DNA from: an uncultured Muribaculum sp.
Lineage (GTDB): Bacteria > Bacteroidota > Bacteroidia > Bacteroidales > Muribaculaceae
Direction of reading: 5' to 3'
Length of the DNA stretch: 64,000 bases
Assembly: GCA_964651105.1 (NCBI GenBank)
Contig: CAZYXN010000001.1
Coordinates: forward strand, 179-64,178
Made by a program: the position numbers and the translations under genes. Below are positions 1 through 11,105 of the stretch, piece by piece. Numbering within the stretch: position 1 is the stretch's first letter; every line of letters starts with the position of its first letter. The notes below the pieces were generated by a model. It was not told the origin of the DNA. It saw only the letters and a program-made list of their open reading frames with translations, and did no database searches.

Positions 1-75
1 GTTGATCCGGAAATAGCTGAAAAGGCTCGTCGTCCTATCGAGAGAATGCTTGAAATAAGTGCTAAAATAAAGTAA
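1..75 (+). CDS. nadA: C-terminal fragment of quinolinate synthase NadA (runs off the left edge)
   Basis: Frame 1 reads VDPEIAEKARRPIERMLEISAKIK*, which matches the typical NadA C-terminus. Only 24 residues are visible; nadB is also in the window. Confidence 0.7.
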   Translation, partial: VDPEIAEKARRPIERMLEISAKIK

Positions 76-87
76 ATAATATAAATC

Positions 88-2859
88 ATGGAATACAATC
101 ATAGAGAGATAGAATCTCGCTGGCAACAATATTGGAAAGAGAATAAGATCTATAAAGCGGAAATCGATAATAACCGTCCTAAATACTATGTGCTTGACAT
201 GTTTCCTTATCCTTCGGGAGCAGGTCTTCATGTAGGTCATCCTCTCGGTTATATAGCAAGTGATATTTTTTCACGTTTTAAACGTCTGAACGGATTCAAT
301 GTGCTTCATCCTATGGGCTATGACGCTTATGGGTTGCCTGCCGAACAGTATGCTATCCAGACAGGCCAGCATCCTGAAAAGACCACAATGGAAAATGTGG
401 CCCGTTATCGCAGTCAGCTTGATAAAATAGGTTTCTGCTATGACTGGGATCGTGAGCTTAAAACTTGCGAACCTGAATATTACAAGTGGACTCAATGGGC
501 GTTTATGCAGATGTTCAACAGTTATTATAACACTGAATTACAGAAAGCGCGTCCTATAAGTGAACTTGTAAATCATTTTGAAAAATCGGGAAGCAAGGAT
601 ATTCATGCCGCCTGCGGAAAAGATCTTGATTTTACGGCTGAGCAATGGAAATCCTATAATGAGAAGGAGAAGAGTGATATCTTGATGAATTATCGCATAG
701 CTTATCTTGGAAACACGATGGTAAACTGGTGTCCGAAGCTCGGAACCGTTCTTGCCAATGATGAGGTGAGCGAGGGCGTGTCGATTCGCGGAGGATATCC
801 GGTAGAGCAAAAATTGATGTATCAGTGGTGTCTTAGGGTTTCGGCTTATGCCCAGCGTCTTCTTGACGGTCTGGAAAGAATAGACTGGACCGACTCGCTG
901 AAAGAGACACAGCGTAACTGGATAGGACGTTCTGAAGGAGCTGAGATGCGTTTCCCCATAGCCGGCAGCGATGTGGAACTTGAAATATTCACAACACGCG
1001 CGGATACTGTATTCGGCGTTACGTTTATGGTGCTTGCTCCTGAAAGCATGTATGTCGACATGATCACGACTCCTGAACAGCGTGAGGCCGTAAATGCATA
1101 TCTTGACGAAGTCAAGCACAAAACAGAACGTGAACGCATGATAGAAAAAACTGTTTCAGGAGTATTTACCGGAGCATATGCTGTCAATCCTCTTACAGGA
1201 AAAAACATACCTGTATGGGTCAGTGATTATGTGCTTGCCGGATATGGCACAGGAGCCATTATGGCTGTACCGGCTCATGACAGTCGTGACTATGCGTTTG
1301 CAAAACATTTTAATCTTCCTATTATCCCTCTTATAGAAGGATGTGACGTAAGTGAAGAAAGTTTTGATGCCAAGTCAGGCAAAATGATTAATTCTCAAAG
1401 CTCAGAACTTAATTTGAACGGCATGGAGGTAAAAGATGCCATTGCCGCTACAAAGAAGTTCATAGAAGAGAAAGGAATAGGTAAGGTAAAAGTCAATTAT
1501 CGTCTACGAGACGCTATTTTCAGTCGTCAGCGTTATTGGGGAGAACCATTCCCTGTATATTACAAGGGTGGAATTCCTTATTTGTTGAGTGAAGACAAAC
1601 TTCCGCTATTGTTGCCTGAAGTCGATAAATATCTTCCTACAGAGACAGGGGAACCTCCGCTTGGACGCGCTAAAAACTGGACAACTGATGATGGATATCA
1701 GCTTGAATTGAACACCATGCCGGGGTTTGCCGGTTCATCTGCCTACTATCTTCGTTACATGGATCCGCGTAATAACGAGGCTTTGGTATCGAAAGAAGCA
1801 AATGAATACTGGCAGGATGTCGATCTTTATATAGGTGGTACCGAACATGCCACAGGACACTTGATTTATAGTCGTTTCTGGAATAAGTTCCTTTATGATT
1901 TAGGATTGGTGGTCAAGGATGAGCCGTTCAGGAAACTTATCAATCAGGGAATGATTCAGGGCCGTTCTAATTTTGTATACAGAATTAAGGATACAAATAC
2001 ATTTGTATCCTATGGATTGAAAGATCAGTATGATGTCACACCTATTCATGTGGATGTGAATATAGTGAGCAATGATATATTGGATATAGACAAATTCCGC
2101 GCATGGCGTCCTGAATTCAAAGATGCTGAATTTATTCTTGACAATGGTAAATATGAATGCGGATATGCAGTGGAGAAAATGTCAAAATCCATGTTCAATG
2201 TAGTCAATCCGGATGATATTGTCGAACGCTATGGAGCAGACACTCTGCGTCTTTACGAGATGTTCCTCGGCCCGCTGGAACAGAGCAAGCCATGGGATAC
2301 TAACGGTATTGACGGTGTAAACCGCTTTTTAAAGCGCTTATGGGGACTTTTCTATAAAGGTGACGAATTCCTTGTCACCGATGGAGAACCAACAAAGGAA
2401 GAACTTAAATCGCTTCATAAGCTTATAAAGAAAGTGACTTGGGATATTGAGAATTTCTCATTCAATACTTCTATTGCCGCTTTTATGATATGCGTGAATG
2501 AACTTAACACTCTTAAGTGTCATAACCGTCAGATATTGTCGCAACTCATAGTATTGCTTGCTCCGTTTGCTCCTCATATAACTGAAGAATTGTGGCATGC
2601 GCTTGGAAACGATGATACTATCTTTAATGCCTCATGGCCTGTGTTTAACGAGGATTATCTTAAAGAGTCCATGGTGACTATGGCAGTGTCATTCAATGGT
2701 AAAGCCCGTTTCAATATTGAAGTGCCTGTCGATATGCCACGTGAAGAGATTGAAAAAACAGCTCTTGAAAATGAAGGAGCGGCTAAATGGCTCGATGGAA
2801 AGACTGTGAAAAAAATAATAGTAGTTCCTGGCAAAATTGTCAATGTCGTAGTAGGATAA
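88..2859 (+). CDS. leuS: Leucine--tRNA ligase
   Basis: 923 aa; [19 protein letters not shown] (HIGH motif), KMSKS, GTEHA, editing-domain motifs. Confidence 0.98.
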   Translation: MEYNHREIESRWQQYWKENKIYKAEIDNNRPKYYVLDMFPYPSGAGLHVGHPLGYIASDIFSRFKRLNGFNVLHPMGYDAYGLPAEQYAIQTGQHPEKTTMENVARYRSQLDKIGFCYDWDRELKTCEPEYYKWTQWAFMQMFNSYYNTELQKARPISELVNHFEKSGSKDIHAACGKDLDFTAEQWKSYNEKEKSDILMNYRIAYLGNTMVNWCPKLGTVLANDEVSEGVSIRGGYPVEQKLMYQWCLRVSAYAQRLLDGLERIDWTDSLKETQRNWIGRSEGAEMRFPIAGSDVELEIFTTRADTVFGVTFMVLAPESMYVDMITTPEQREAVNAYLDEVKHKTERERMIEKTVSGVFTGAYAVNPLTGKNIPVWVSDYVLAGYGTGAIMAVPAHDSRDYAFAKHFNLPIIPLIEGCDVSEESFDAKSGKMINSQSSELNLNGMEVKDAIAATKKFIEEKGIGKVKVNYRLRDAIFSRQRYWGEPFPVYYKGGIPYLLSEDKLPLLLPEVDKYLPTETGEPPLGRAKNWTTDDGYQLELNTMPGFAGSSAYYLRYMDPRNNEALVSKEANEYWQDVDLYIGGTEHATGHLIYSRFWNKFLYDLGLVVKDEPFRKLINQGMIQGRSNFVYRIKDTNTFVSYGLKDQYDVTPIHVDVNIVSNDILDIDKFRAWRPEFKDAEFILDNGKYECGYAVEKMSKSMFNVVNPDDIVERYGADTLRLYEMFLGPLEQSKPWDTNGIDGVNRFLKRLWGLFYKGDEFLVTDGEPTKEELKSLHKLIKKVTWDIENFSFNTSIAAFMICVNELNTLKCHNRQILSQLIVLLAPFAPHITEELWHALGNDDTIFNASWPVFNEDYLKESMVTMAVSFNGKARFNIEVPVDMPREEIEKTALENEGAAKWLDGKTVKKIIVVPGKIVNVVVG

Positions 2860-2887
2860 GAACAGTTTTATCGTTCTGTTATATTAT

Positions 2888-2930
2888 AAAGATAGATTCA
2901 ACTTCTTGGAAAGTTGAATCTATCTTTTAT
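2888..2930 (+). terminator. Rho-independent terminator after leuS
   Basis: Perfect 17-bp inverted repeat AAAGATAGATTCAACTT (2888-2904) / AAGTTGAATCTATCTTT (2911-2927), 6-nt loop, T-rich tail. Confidence 0.85.
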
Positions 2931-3050
2931 TATGGTCACTCTGTTACTGAAAAATGATATTTTGTAATTATGGAACGTGCTATTTAATATTTTTTAGATG
3001 TTTTATAAGTTAAAAAGCAGCAAATAGGTGACAAAATCAAATTGTTTTAT

Positions 3051-3058
3051 TATTTTTG
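3051..3058 (+). promoter_or_regulatory. Bacteroidetes -7 promoter element for the susC operon
   Basis: TATTTTTG fits TAnnTTTG and lies 76 nt upstream of the ATG at 3135. Confidence 0.55.
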
Positions 3059-3070
3059 TCAAAAAAACAA

Positions 3071-3119
3071 TAAATAATGTTGTTTTACGTAAATAATGTT
3101 ATAACAGGAATGTTACATT
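3071..3119. promoter_or_regulatory. Operator-like repeat/palindrome cluster in the susC leader
   Basis: Direct repeat TAAATAATGTT at 3071-3081 and 3090-3100; palindromes TGTTATAACA (3097-3106) and AATGT-T-ACATT (3109-3119). Confidence 0.4.
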
Positions 3120-3134
3120 GATATATAATAGCTA

Positions 3135-6100
3135 ATGGAGAAACTTACACAATTAAAGTATCTGTTTGCTTTTGTTGCTATAACAGGGCTGGTTTTGACC
3201 AACAACTATGCATCTGCAGCACAAAGTAATATAGAAATTACCCCCCCCCGATTCTAAAAATGCTGATAATCATATAGTTATAACGGGACGTGTTGTTGAT
3301 GACAGTAATGAACCATTGATGGGTGTTACTGTGCGTCAGGGGAAAAACGGTCCTATTACAGCTACAAATATTGACGGAAAATATTCAATTACTCTGTCAA
3401 ATAAAGCTTCCCAGTCACTGACATTCACTTATGTTGGTATGAAGTCCCTGACCGAACAGATTAACGGTCGGACTAATATTAATGTAACGCTTGAATTCAA
3501 TGCGGTGGCTCTTGACGATGTTGTAGTTGTAGGCACTTACGGTACAGTGCAAAAACGTGAGGATTTAGTCGGGAGTATGTATCAGGTAAATTCTGAAGAT
3601 CTCTTAAACTTGCCTCAACAACGTATAGACGCGATGCTTGATGGTTTGATACCTGGTTTGACCGTAGGGCCTAATTCAGATTCTCCCGATAGTCCGCGTA
3701 TGCGTTATAATACCCGTATAAGGGGTGAATCATCGTTAAGCGCGTCAAACGAGCCTTTGTGGGTCATTGACGGTGTTCCTATCTACACAGGCGGTCACAC
3801 AAGTATAATACCCGGCATGAACGTGTCGGTAAGTCCGCTATCATTCTTAAATCCCGATGACATTCAATCAATGACCGTGCTGAAGGATGCCAGCACCACC
3901 GCCATATATGGCGCCGATGGCTCCAACGGTGTCATACTTGTAACTACCAAGCGTGGCCAGGAGGGTAAAGTGCAAACAAGCCTGAACCTGCAGTACGGTA
4001 TAGAAAAGATCGATAAGAGCACAAAATTCAAAGTTTTGAATGCCGCTCAATATATGGAGCTTGCTAAAGAGTCTTATCTAAACGGAGGTAATGACATGCG
4101 GTATTTTCCATATACCGATAATGATATGAATAGTTACTCTACTACCGATACTGACTGGGCTGATGTGTTCTATGATACCGGCAATACTTTTCAGGTTAAT
4201 CTGTCATTAAGAGGCGGTACTGATAAGACCAAATTCTATACATCCGGTTCATATTATGACAATACCGGTACTGTTAAGGGCAACAAGCAGCAACGTTTCA
4301 GCGTACGTACCAACAATGATTTCAAGTTCTTGAACAAATTCACGGCATCCGTAGGTTTGCAGGCTTCATATAATAATAATGACATGTTCAATCCCGGACA
4401 TGACTATTATCAGGAACTGCCTATTTTCACTCCTTATAATGCCGATGGTTCCATGCGTTTGTATAACACAATAATATTAGGCAGCAATCCTGACGGCACG
4501 CCAAAGTGGGTCACAAACCGGTATCTCAACAGTGTTGCTGAACGCGAGGAGAATATAGATAATCAAAAGGCTTGGTATCTTACCGGTAACTTCCAGCTTA
4601 GTTGGGATATCATGCAGGGATTGTCTTATACCGGCCAGTTTGGTCTCGATTACCAGTCAAGACGATCGGAGGAATATAATTCACGTGCTAACTGGACAGG
4701 TATGAGTGTGTCGGAAGGCCCTTACGGATATTCTTCGCGTCAGACATTTGAAGCTGTTAACTGGACTACCATACATCGTGTTAACTTTTTACGTACATTT
4801 AATGAAAAGCATAAAGTCGAGGCCCTCTTCGGTTTCGAGGCAGGTTCACGCGATTATACCACTGTAGGCGCTACCGGTAAAGGATTTATCAATGATAATG
4901 TTCAGGATGTCACGTATGCTAATGAACGGTTGGGTTCCAATTCAAGCAACCGTGTACGAAAGATGTCATTGATAGGACAGATCAGCTACTCATTTGACCG
5001 CCGATATTATATAATAGCCAATGGGCGACGCGACGGTAATTCCGATTTCGGTAGCGATGTGCGTTGGGCTCAATTCGGTTCAGTGGGTCTGTCTTGGAAT
5101 ATCCATAATGAAAAGTGGTATCCGTGGCAGTGGATGGATGTGTGCAAACTTTCATGCTCATATGGTGTGGACGGTAACTCCCGTCTTGGTTCACAGCAAG
5201 CGCTTGGCCTTTACTCTTATGGAAGTTCTTATTCCTATGGCGGCGAAATAGGCGGCGTGCAGTCAGGAGTGGCCAACAGCAAGTTAAGTTGGGAAACCAC
5301 ATACAAAAAAAATCTGAAGCTGCGTTTGCGTTTCCTGGAACGTTTTGAAATTGAAATGGAGTATTATCATAATCAAACCAAGAATCTTCTTACCAATCTC
5401 GATACTTCCCGCACTACGGGCGACACACGAGTATATCGTAATGTAGGTGAAATATTAAACGAGGGATATGAAGTAACGATAACTACTGATAATATTCTGC
5501 CGTCGCACAATGGCGGGTTCAGCTGGACTACTACATTCAATCTTTCACATAATCAGAACAAACTTCTGAAGCTATACAATGGTATTCAGAAAAATATGGG
5601 TACCGGTACTACTACATGGAAAGAGGGATATGACACAAGCACGTGGTTTCTCGTAAGATGGGCCGGCGTAGACCCACGTAACGGCGCTCCAATGTGGTAT
5701 GACAAGAATGGCAATATCACTCACACATTCAGTTCCGCTGACCGTGTTACCTATGGAAGTCCTTCTCCTGACTTTACAGGTGGTATGACCAATACGTTCA
5801 ATTACAAAGGATTTTCTTTGCGTGTGATGCTTAATTACACTTTTGGAGGATATGCTATGTCGTCATTCGGCAGTCGCTCCAATTATGACGGCTACAATAT
5901 AAGATCCCAGAATCAGTCGGTCAATCAGCTTGACCGTTGGCAGAAACCGGGTGATTTGGCTGTCAATCCCAAGCCTATATGGGATGTATCGACTCAATCC
6001 GGTATGAATTCAACGCGTTTCCTATATCGTAAGGATTGCATACGTCTTCACAACATCGTGTTGACATATCAGATTCCTCAGAAATTTATTCAGCGCATAG

Positions 6101-6249
6101 GAATTAAAAATGCATCTGTATCATTCATTGGCGATAATCTGTATACATGGACTCCCGATCAAAAGAGTGATAAAAATTCTTACAAAACATCTATGAGCGG
6201 TTATCCTGTCACAAGGCAGTTCTCATTTTCACTGATGACCACATTTTAA
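3135..6249 (+). CDS. susC: SusC/RagA-family TonB-dependent transporter, frameshifted at a C9 tract (true start 3135; main ORF 3316-6249)
   Basis: ATG 3135 encodes the signal peptide MEKLTQLKYLFAFVAITGLVLTNNYASA, and this frame stops at 3255-3257. The adjacent frame is open from 3241 (PPPDSKNADNHIVITGRVVDDSNEPLMGVTV). It continues through a TonB-box-like LDDVVVVG, EPLWVIDGVP, LKDASTTAIYGADGSNGVILVTTKRG and a C-terminal Phe. Confidence 0.92.
3241..3249 (+). repeat. C9 homopolymer at the susC frameshift
   Basis: ATTA-CCCCCCCCC-GATTCT; C8 or C11 would join the signal peptide to the transporter body in frame. Confidence 0.9.
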
Positions 6250-6290
6250 ATAATCTGTCATAAAATATAATAAAAAAACAGACTACTGAA

Positions 6291-7697
6291 ATGAAAAAAT
6301 ATATATACATAGCATTCCTGTTGGCAGTTATGACAGGCACATATGGTTGTTCTGATTTTCTGGAGGTAATGCCGAAAGGACGAGTTACTACACCTTCATT
6401 CCTGTCGTCGCCTGAGGGTATGAAAGCGGCATTGATTGGTACATACAGTAAATTGTATGTGGTGTATGACGGCGATTTCTTGCGTTATCCCGATGTTGCC
6501 GGAAACATGCTTTCGATATTCAATGCAAATGAATCGGCCAGCATGATAAGCCAATATAACTTTACATCCAACGAAGATGAAGAACTTGGTGCTGTCGGTA
6601 AAATATGGACAGACACTTATGAGGCTATGGCTAATGCCAATAATATCATACAATATGCTCCTCAGGTCATGGCGGAATATCCGCTTCAGGCTGCTGATAT
6701 AGAACGCATAATGGGTGAGGCTTTATTTATCAGGGCTTTGTGTCATCTTGATGTGTGTCTGTGTTATGCGCAGCCTTATAATTATACCGAGGATGCAAGT
6801 CACCTTGGCGTACCGGTACTCTATAAGACTCCCGGACCTGATGATAACGAGTCACGCAAAAGTGTTTCCGAAGTCTATACACTTATATGTAATGACCTTA
6901 TCAGAGCTGAAGAACTGCTTGTTGATAAATCGCCTCGCGGACAATATTATGTTTCTCTTGATGCAGTGAGGGCCCTTCATTCTCGTGTAAGTCTTTATAT
7001 GGAAAAGTGGCAAGATGCAATCGACTATTCTGATAAGGCGCTTGCAGGCAAAACCCTTACAGGAGGAGACGATTACTACAATATGTACAGAAATCCGAAT
7101 ATAGACAGTGAAGTAATTTTCCGTTTTGACGGAACAGACAAAGGTATCAAACATCGTACATTTTATGCGGAAACAGCAGTTCCTGCCGATACGCTCATAA
7201 CTCTGTTTGATTCTCGTGACATTCGTCTTCAGGTGCTTTACGATAGGAATACGCTCTATTGCACAAAATATGAAATAGATTTGAACCGTCTCGGTCTGAA
7301 TCATGGTGACGAGCCTATAGTTGTGAGACTTTCCGAACTTTATCTCAACGCAGCCGAAGCAGCCTGTATGTTGAGTAATTATGAAGCTGCTCGAAGTTAT
7401 ATAAAGCCTATACTTGAACGTGCTGTCGATGCTGATTATGCTAACGATATTCTGACATCCACAAATGATGCTCAATTACTTGAACTTGTTAGAAAAGAAC
7501 GTGTGAAAGAATTGTGCTTCGAGGGTCATAACTTCTTTGACATCGTAAGGTGGAAAATGGATTTGGTACGTGAAAGCTCTACCACTTCAATAGTAAAACG
7601 TATCAATTATCCCAGCGACTATTTTGTGTTGCCTATATCGCGATATGAACTCAACGCTAATCTTAATATGCAACCTAATCCAACTGTAAACAAATAA
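6291..7697 (+). CDS. susD: SusD/RagB-family surface lipoprotein
   Basis: Lipobox TYGC followed by acidic SDFLE; GEALFIRALCHL, RLSELYLNAAEA and ERVKELCFEGHNFFDIVRW motifs; directly after susC. Confidence 0.93.
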   Translation: MKKYIYIAFLLAVMTGTYGCSDFLEVMPKGRVTTPSFLSSPEGMKAALIGTYSKLYVVYDGDFLRYPDVAGNMLSIFNANESASMISQYNFTSNEDEELGAVGKIWTDTYEAMANANNIIQYAPQVMAEYPLQAADIERIMGEALFIRALCHLDVCLCYAQPYNYTEDASHLGVPVLYKTPGPDDNESRKSVSEVYTLICNDLIRAEELLVDKSPRGQYYVSLDAVRALHSRVSLYMEKWQDAIDYSDKALAGKTLTGGDDYYNMYRNPNIDSEVIFRFDGTDKGIKHRTFYAETAVPADTLITLFDSRDIRLQVLYDRNTLYCTKYEIDLNRLGLNHGDEPIVVRLSELYLNAAEAACMLSNYEAARSYIKPILERAVDADYANDILTSTNDAQLLELVRKERVKELCFEGHNFFDIVRWKMDLVRESSTTSIVKRINYPSDYFVLPISRYELNANLNMQPNPTVNK

Positions 7698-7701
7698 AAT
7701 A

Positions 7702-8184
7702 ATGAAAAATAAAAAATATATTAATCATTTATTGCTGTTATCGATAATGACAGTGTGCATAGCTTTTGTTTCATGCTCGGATGATGATGAACCGTATGAC
7801 CATCCGTTCATACATATTATGGCTGATGGTGGAGCATCAAGTATTGTGGTTAATTCTGACGTTAATAACGTCAATTCCTACAATGTGTATCTCAGTTCAC
7901 GGGCCATTAACCAAAATGTTGAAGTCAACTATGAAATCATGATTGGCAACGGTCTTCAGGCCGGTCGTGACTTTGAACTTGTGACTCAGGGTAATTCGCT
8001 TACTTTTTTACCCGGTATATATGATATGCCGATAAGAATAAGGTGGAAACCTAATCCCGTTGACCCCTCTAAAAATAATACATTGACAATACGGCTCACT
8101 GGTAATAATATGGGTTTTACTCTTGGTCTTCCCGGGCCTGACGGCTTACAGCGTGAACTGGTAATAGAAAAAAAGAATCCTTAA
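7702..8184 (+). CDS. Small surface lipoprotein, probably a single beta-sandwich (DUF4843/Calx-beta-like) SusCD accessory protein
   Basis: Lipobox FVSC followed by SDDDE; beta-rich sequence; 4 nt after susD. Confidence 0.7.
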   Translation: MKNKKYINHLLLLSIMTVCIAFVSCSDDDEPYDHPFIHIMADGGASSIVVNSDVNNVNSYNVYLSSRAINQNVEVNYEIMIGNGLQAGRDFELVTQGNSLTFLPGIYDMPIRIRWKPNPVDPSKNNTLTIRLTGNNMGFTLGLPGPDGLQRELVIEKKNP

Positions 8185-8218
8185 TAGCATATATTTATAG
8201 ACTCATAAATATTAAAAA

Positions 8219-11041
8219 ATGCGTAAAAGATTATATTTCAGTATAATCGCCTTGATGGGTGTTATCGGATTACAGACCGTGGTTGCCGGAACCCCACTCA
8301 AATATGACGACAAATTAGTCACCGGAAAACTTGAAAACGGTTTGACCTACTACATTTATCCAAATGATAATCCTAAAGGTGAAGCTGTATACAGACTTTT
8401 TATAAAAGCAGGGTCAGTTTATGAAACCGAACGTCAGAAAGGTTTGGCTCATTTTTTAGAGCACATGGCTTTTAATGGCAGTAAAAATTTCCCTGCCGAC
8501 GGTATGGTAAGGTTTCTTGAAAGTAAAGGAGCGAAATTTGGAGCTGATCTTAACGCTCACACTTCATTCAACGAAACCGTATATAAATTGCAATTGCCAT
8601 CATCCGATCCTGCCATGGTCGATTCAACCATGATGATTCTTGCTGATTGGGCCGCAGGGCTATCAATCGACTCTATCGAGGTAGAAAAGGAACGCGGAGT
8701 CATAATGTCGGAATGGCTTTCTAAAAAGGATGCCAAACGCGACGGCAATAATATGCTGCTGATGGCGTTGCTCAATGATTCGCGATATTCACAGCGCATA
8801 ACCATAGGTGATACGGCAGTAATAAAAAATTGCAAACGCGATGATATAGCTGACTATTATAATAAATGGTATCATCCCTCACTCATGGCCATTGCTATTG
8901 TCGGCGATGTTGATTCCAAAGAGGTGGAACGTATCATACACAAACGTTTCAGTAATATATCAGGAGAAAAAACTCCTGACTGGAAACAATATATGATAGA
9001 CCCTTACGGGAATGACAGCGTGACAATCTTCACTGATGACCGGCTTAACAAGATTGAATTGGATATAGTGCATCTCATGCCGCTTCCTATACCTGTTGTC
9101 AATGAAGAGGATTATGAGTCATACTTGTTACGCAGTATTACCAACCGTCTTATTAAGCAAAGATTTAACGATTATTCTTTCTCTAATCCCGCTTATAAAA
9201 AAGGTTCTATAAGCCAGTCGTCTTTCCTTAATGCGACCGGTGTATTCATAGAATCGATGGAGTTGGTGCCCGGCAAGATGAAAGAAGGGCTTGAAGACTT
9301 TATATCCCATCGTAACCAGATAATGGCTTATGGCTTCACTATCAGGGAGATAGAGCGTGCCAAAAAGGAGCTTTTATCCAATATGCAACGTAGGGTAGAT
9401 GTGGGGCAATCCTCTCAGTCTATCAAAATAATGGATGAGATATATTCTGATTTTTATGTCGGCAATAAACTTGTTTCCCTGAAAGACGAGCTTGAACTTC
9501 TTAAAAAAACGTTGCCGGCCATTGATTCCATGACTATTGCGAGGTCTATTCAGGCGTTGGCTTCAGATAGACATGGCATGCGTGTACTATTGCGCGGCGG
9601 CAGTAAAGTGTATGATGAAATAAATGATGACAAGGCTCTTTTGGGACTTATATCAAGCAATTATTCCAAGGACACTCATCCGTATAGCAAAGAAATTAAT
9701 ATAGGGGGACGTATTTGTGAACTCGGAACTCCCGGCAATATCGTAAGTACAAAAGAGATTCCTGAGATTGGAGGTCTCGATATGATGCTGGATAATGGCG
9801 CCCGTGTCATATTCCGTCAATCAGATCTGGACAAGAACAAGATATCTATTACAGCACTGCGTAAAGGCGGCATGTATGCTCTCGATTCATTGGAATATTA
9901 CAGCGGTGTGTTTGCGAGGTCGGTGATTGGATTGTCAGGGGCAGGTGATATGTCACGTGACGCTCTCAATTATTATAAGGCCGGTAATTCGGCAAGCATG
10001 ATATTGCTTCCCGACAATACCCGTACCGGTATTATAGGATCGGCCTATCTTAAAGATGCTCCCATGATGTTTGATCTCATGTATGCCAAGTGGATGTATC
10101 CCCGTTTAGATATGGAGGTATTTAGTCAGACAGTGGAAAAATCCAAGGAGAGCTATCGTACAAAGCAGAAGACTCCCGGTGAAATTTTTGGAGAAGAGGT
10201 ATCCTATCTGCTTAACGGCAAAAATTATTCAAATGCCGAACTTACCGATTCCATTATAGAAAATTGTGTACGTTCCGAAGATATGATTCCTCTGCACAAG
10301 CGTTTCTTTGGTCCGGCGACAGATTATACTTTCGTCATTCTTGCCGATGCTCCTTTTGATTCAATAAAGGGATATATTACCGGCTACATTGGAGCATTGC
10401 CCAAGGGAGAAGTAAATACTAAATGGATAACCGGCCGCGAACCGATTTCTTATCGCAACAAGATTTATCACTCTCACACAGGCAATACGCCCAAAGCATC
10501 TGTCATGCTTGTATATCAACAGGATTCTTTGCTGGATAGTCAAAACATCATGGCTATCAAGTCAAAAATGCTTCAGAATGCTTTGCGTACAAAATTGCTT
10601 GGACGGCTGCGTGAAGAGATGGGAATGATATATAGCGTAGGAGTATCGTCAAGTTCGACATTATATCCCGCTCCATTGTCAAGAACCACTATCTCATTTG
10701 CATGCAAACCTGAAGATGTCGATACGCTCTTAGTCGCCACTCGCGAAGAACTAAACAATTTCTATGAGCATCCCGAGCAGTTTGAGGAAACAATACGCGA
10801 TGTGAAACTCAACCTCATCAAGGAGCACAAGCTTAATCTTCAGAAAAATGCTTTCTGGAGTTCATGGATACGAAATTCGATATTCAATGGTGAGGAAGAC
10901 TGGAACTATCTGAACAATTATGAGTCTATCGTAGAGAGTATGACAGCGACAGATATAGCCCGATTCGGCAAAGAGTTGCTTGACACTGCTTCTTATACTG
11001 AGGCTGTATTATATCCCAGTGAAGAAGTGGCGGCTAACTGA
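8219..11041 (+). CDS. M16-family (PqqL/insulinase-like) zinc metalloprotease with signal peptide
   Basis: Inverted zinc motif HFLEH, NAHTSFNETVY, EKERGVI, and second-half RLREEMGMIYSV; 940 aa; N-terminal signal peptide. Confidence 0.92.
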   Translation: MRKRLYFSIIALMGVIGLQTVVAGTPLKYDDKLVTGKLENGLTYYIYPNDNPKGEAVYRLFIKAGSVYETERQKGLAHFLEHMAFNGSKNFPADGMVRFLESKGAKFGADLNAHTSFNETVYKLQLPSSDPAMVDSTMMILADWAAGLSIDSIEVEKERGVIMSEWLSKKDAKRDGNNMLLMALLNDSRYSQRITIGDTAVIKNCKRDDIADYYNKWYHPSLMAIAIVGDVDSKEVERIIHKRFSNISGEKTPDWKQYMIDPYGNDSVTIFTDDRLNKIELDIVHLMPLPIPVVNEEDYESYLLRSITNRLIKQRFNDYSFSNPAYKKGSISQSSFLNATGVFIESMELVPGKMKEGLEDFISHRNQIMAYGFTIREIERAKKELLSNMQRRVDVGQSSQSIKIMDEIYSDFYVGNKLVSLKDELELLKKTLPAIDSMTIARSIQALASDRHGMRVLLRGGSKVYDEINDDKALLGLISSNYSKDTHPYSKEINIGGRICELGTPGNIVSTKEIPEIGGLDMMLDNGARVIFRQSDLDKNKISITALRKGGMYALDSLEYYSGVFARSVIGLSGAGDMSRDALNYYKAGNSASMILLPDNTRTGIIGSAYLKDAPMMFDLMYAKWMYPRLDMEVFSQTVEKSKESYRTKQKTPGEIFGEEVSYLLNGKNYSNAELTDSIIENCVRSEDMIPLHKRFFGPATDYTFVILADAPFDSIKGYITGYIGALPKGEVNTKWITGREPISYRNKIYHSHTGNTPKASVMLVYQQDSLLDSQNIMAIKSKMLQNALRTKLLGRLREEMGMIYSVGVSSSSTLYPAPLSRTTISFACKPEDVDTLLVATREELNNFYEHPEQFEETIRDVKLNLIKEHKLNLQKNAFWSSWIRNSIFNGEEDWNYLNNYESIVESMTATDIARFGKELLDTASYTEAVLYPSEEVAAN

Positions 11042-11105
11042 TAGACAGAAGATTGAGATTACAACAAAATTAACTTATATTTTTAACTAATTTATTTAAC
11101 AACGC

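Noticed and set aside
3316-6249. Treating susC as a decayed pseudogene
   Set aside because: There is a single lesion at a homopolymer, the 977-codon body is uninterrupted, and the partner genes are intact. Phase variation or an assembly error fits better.
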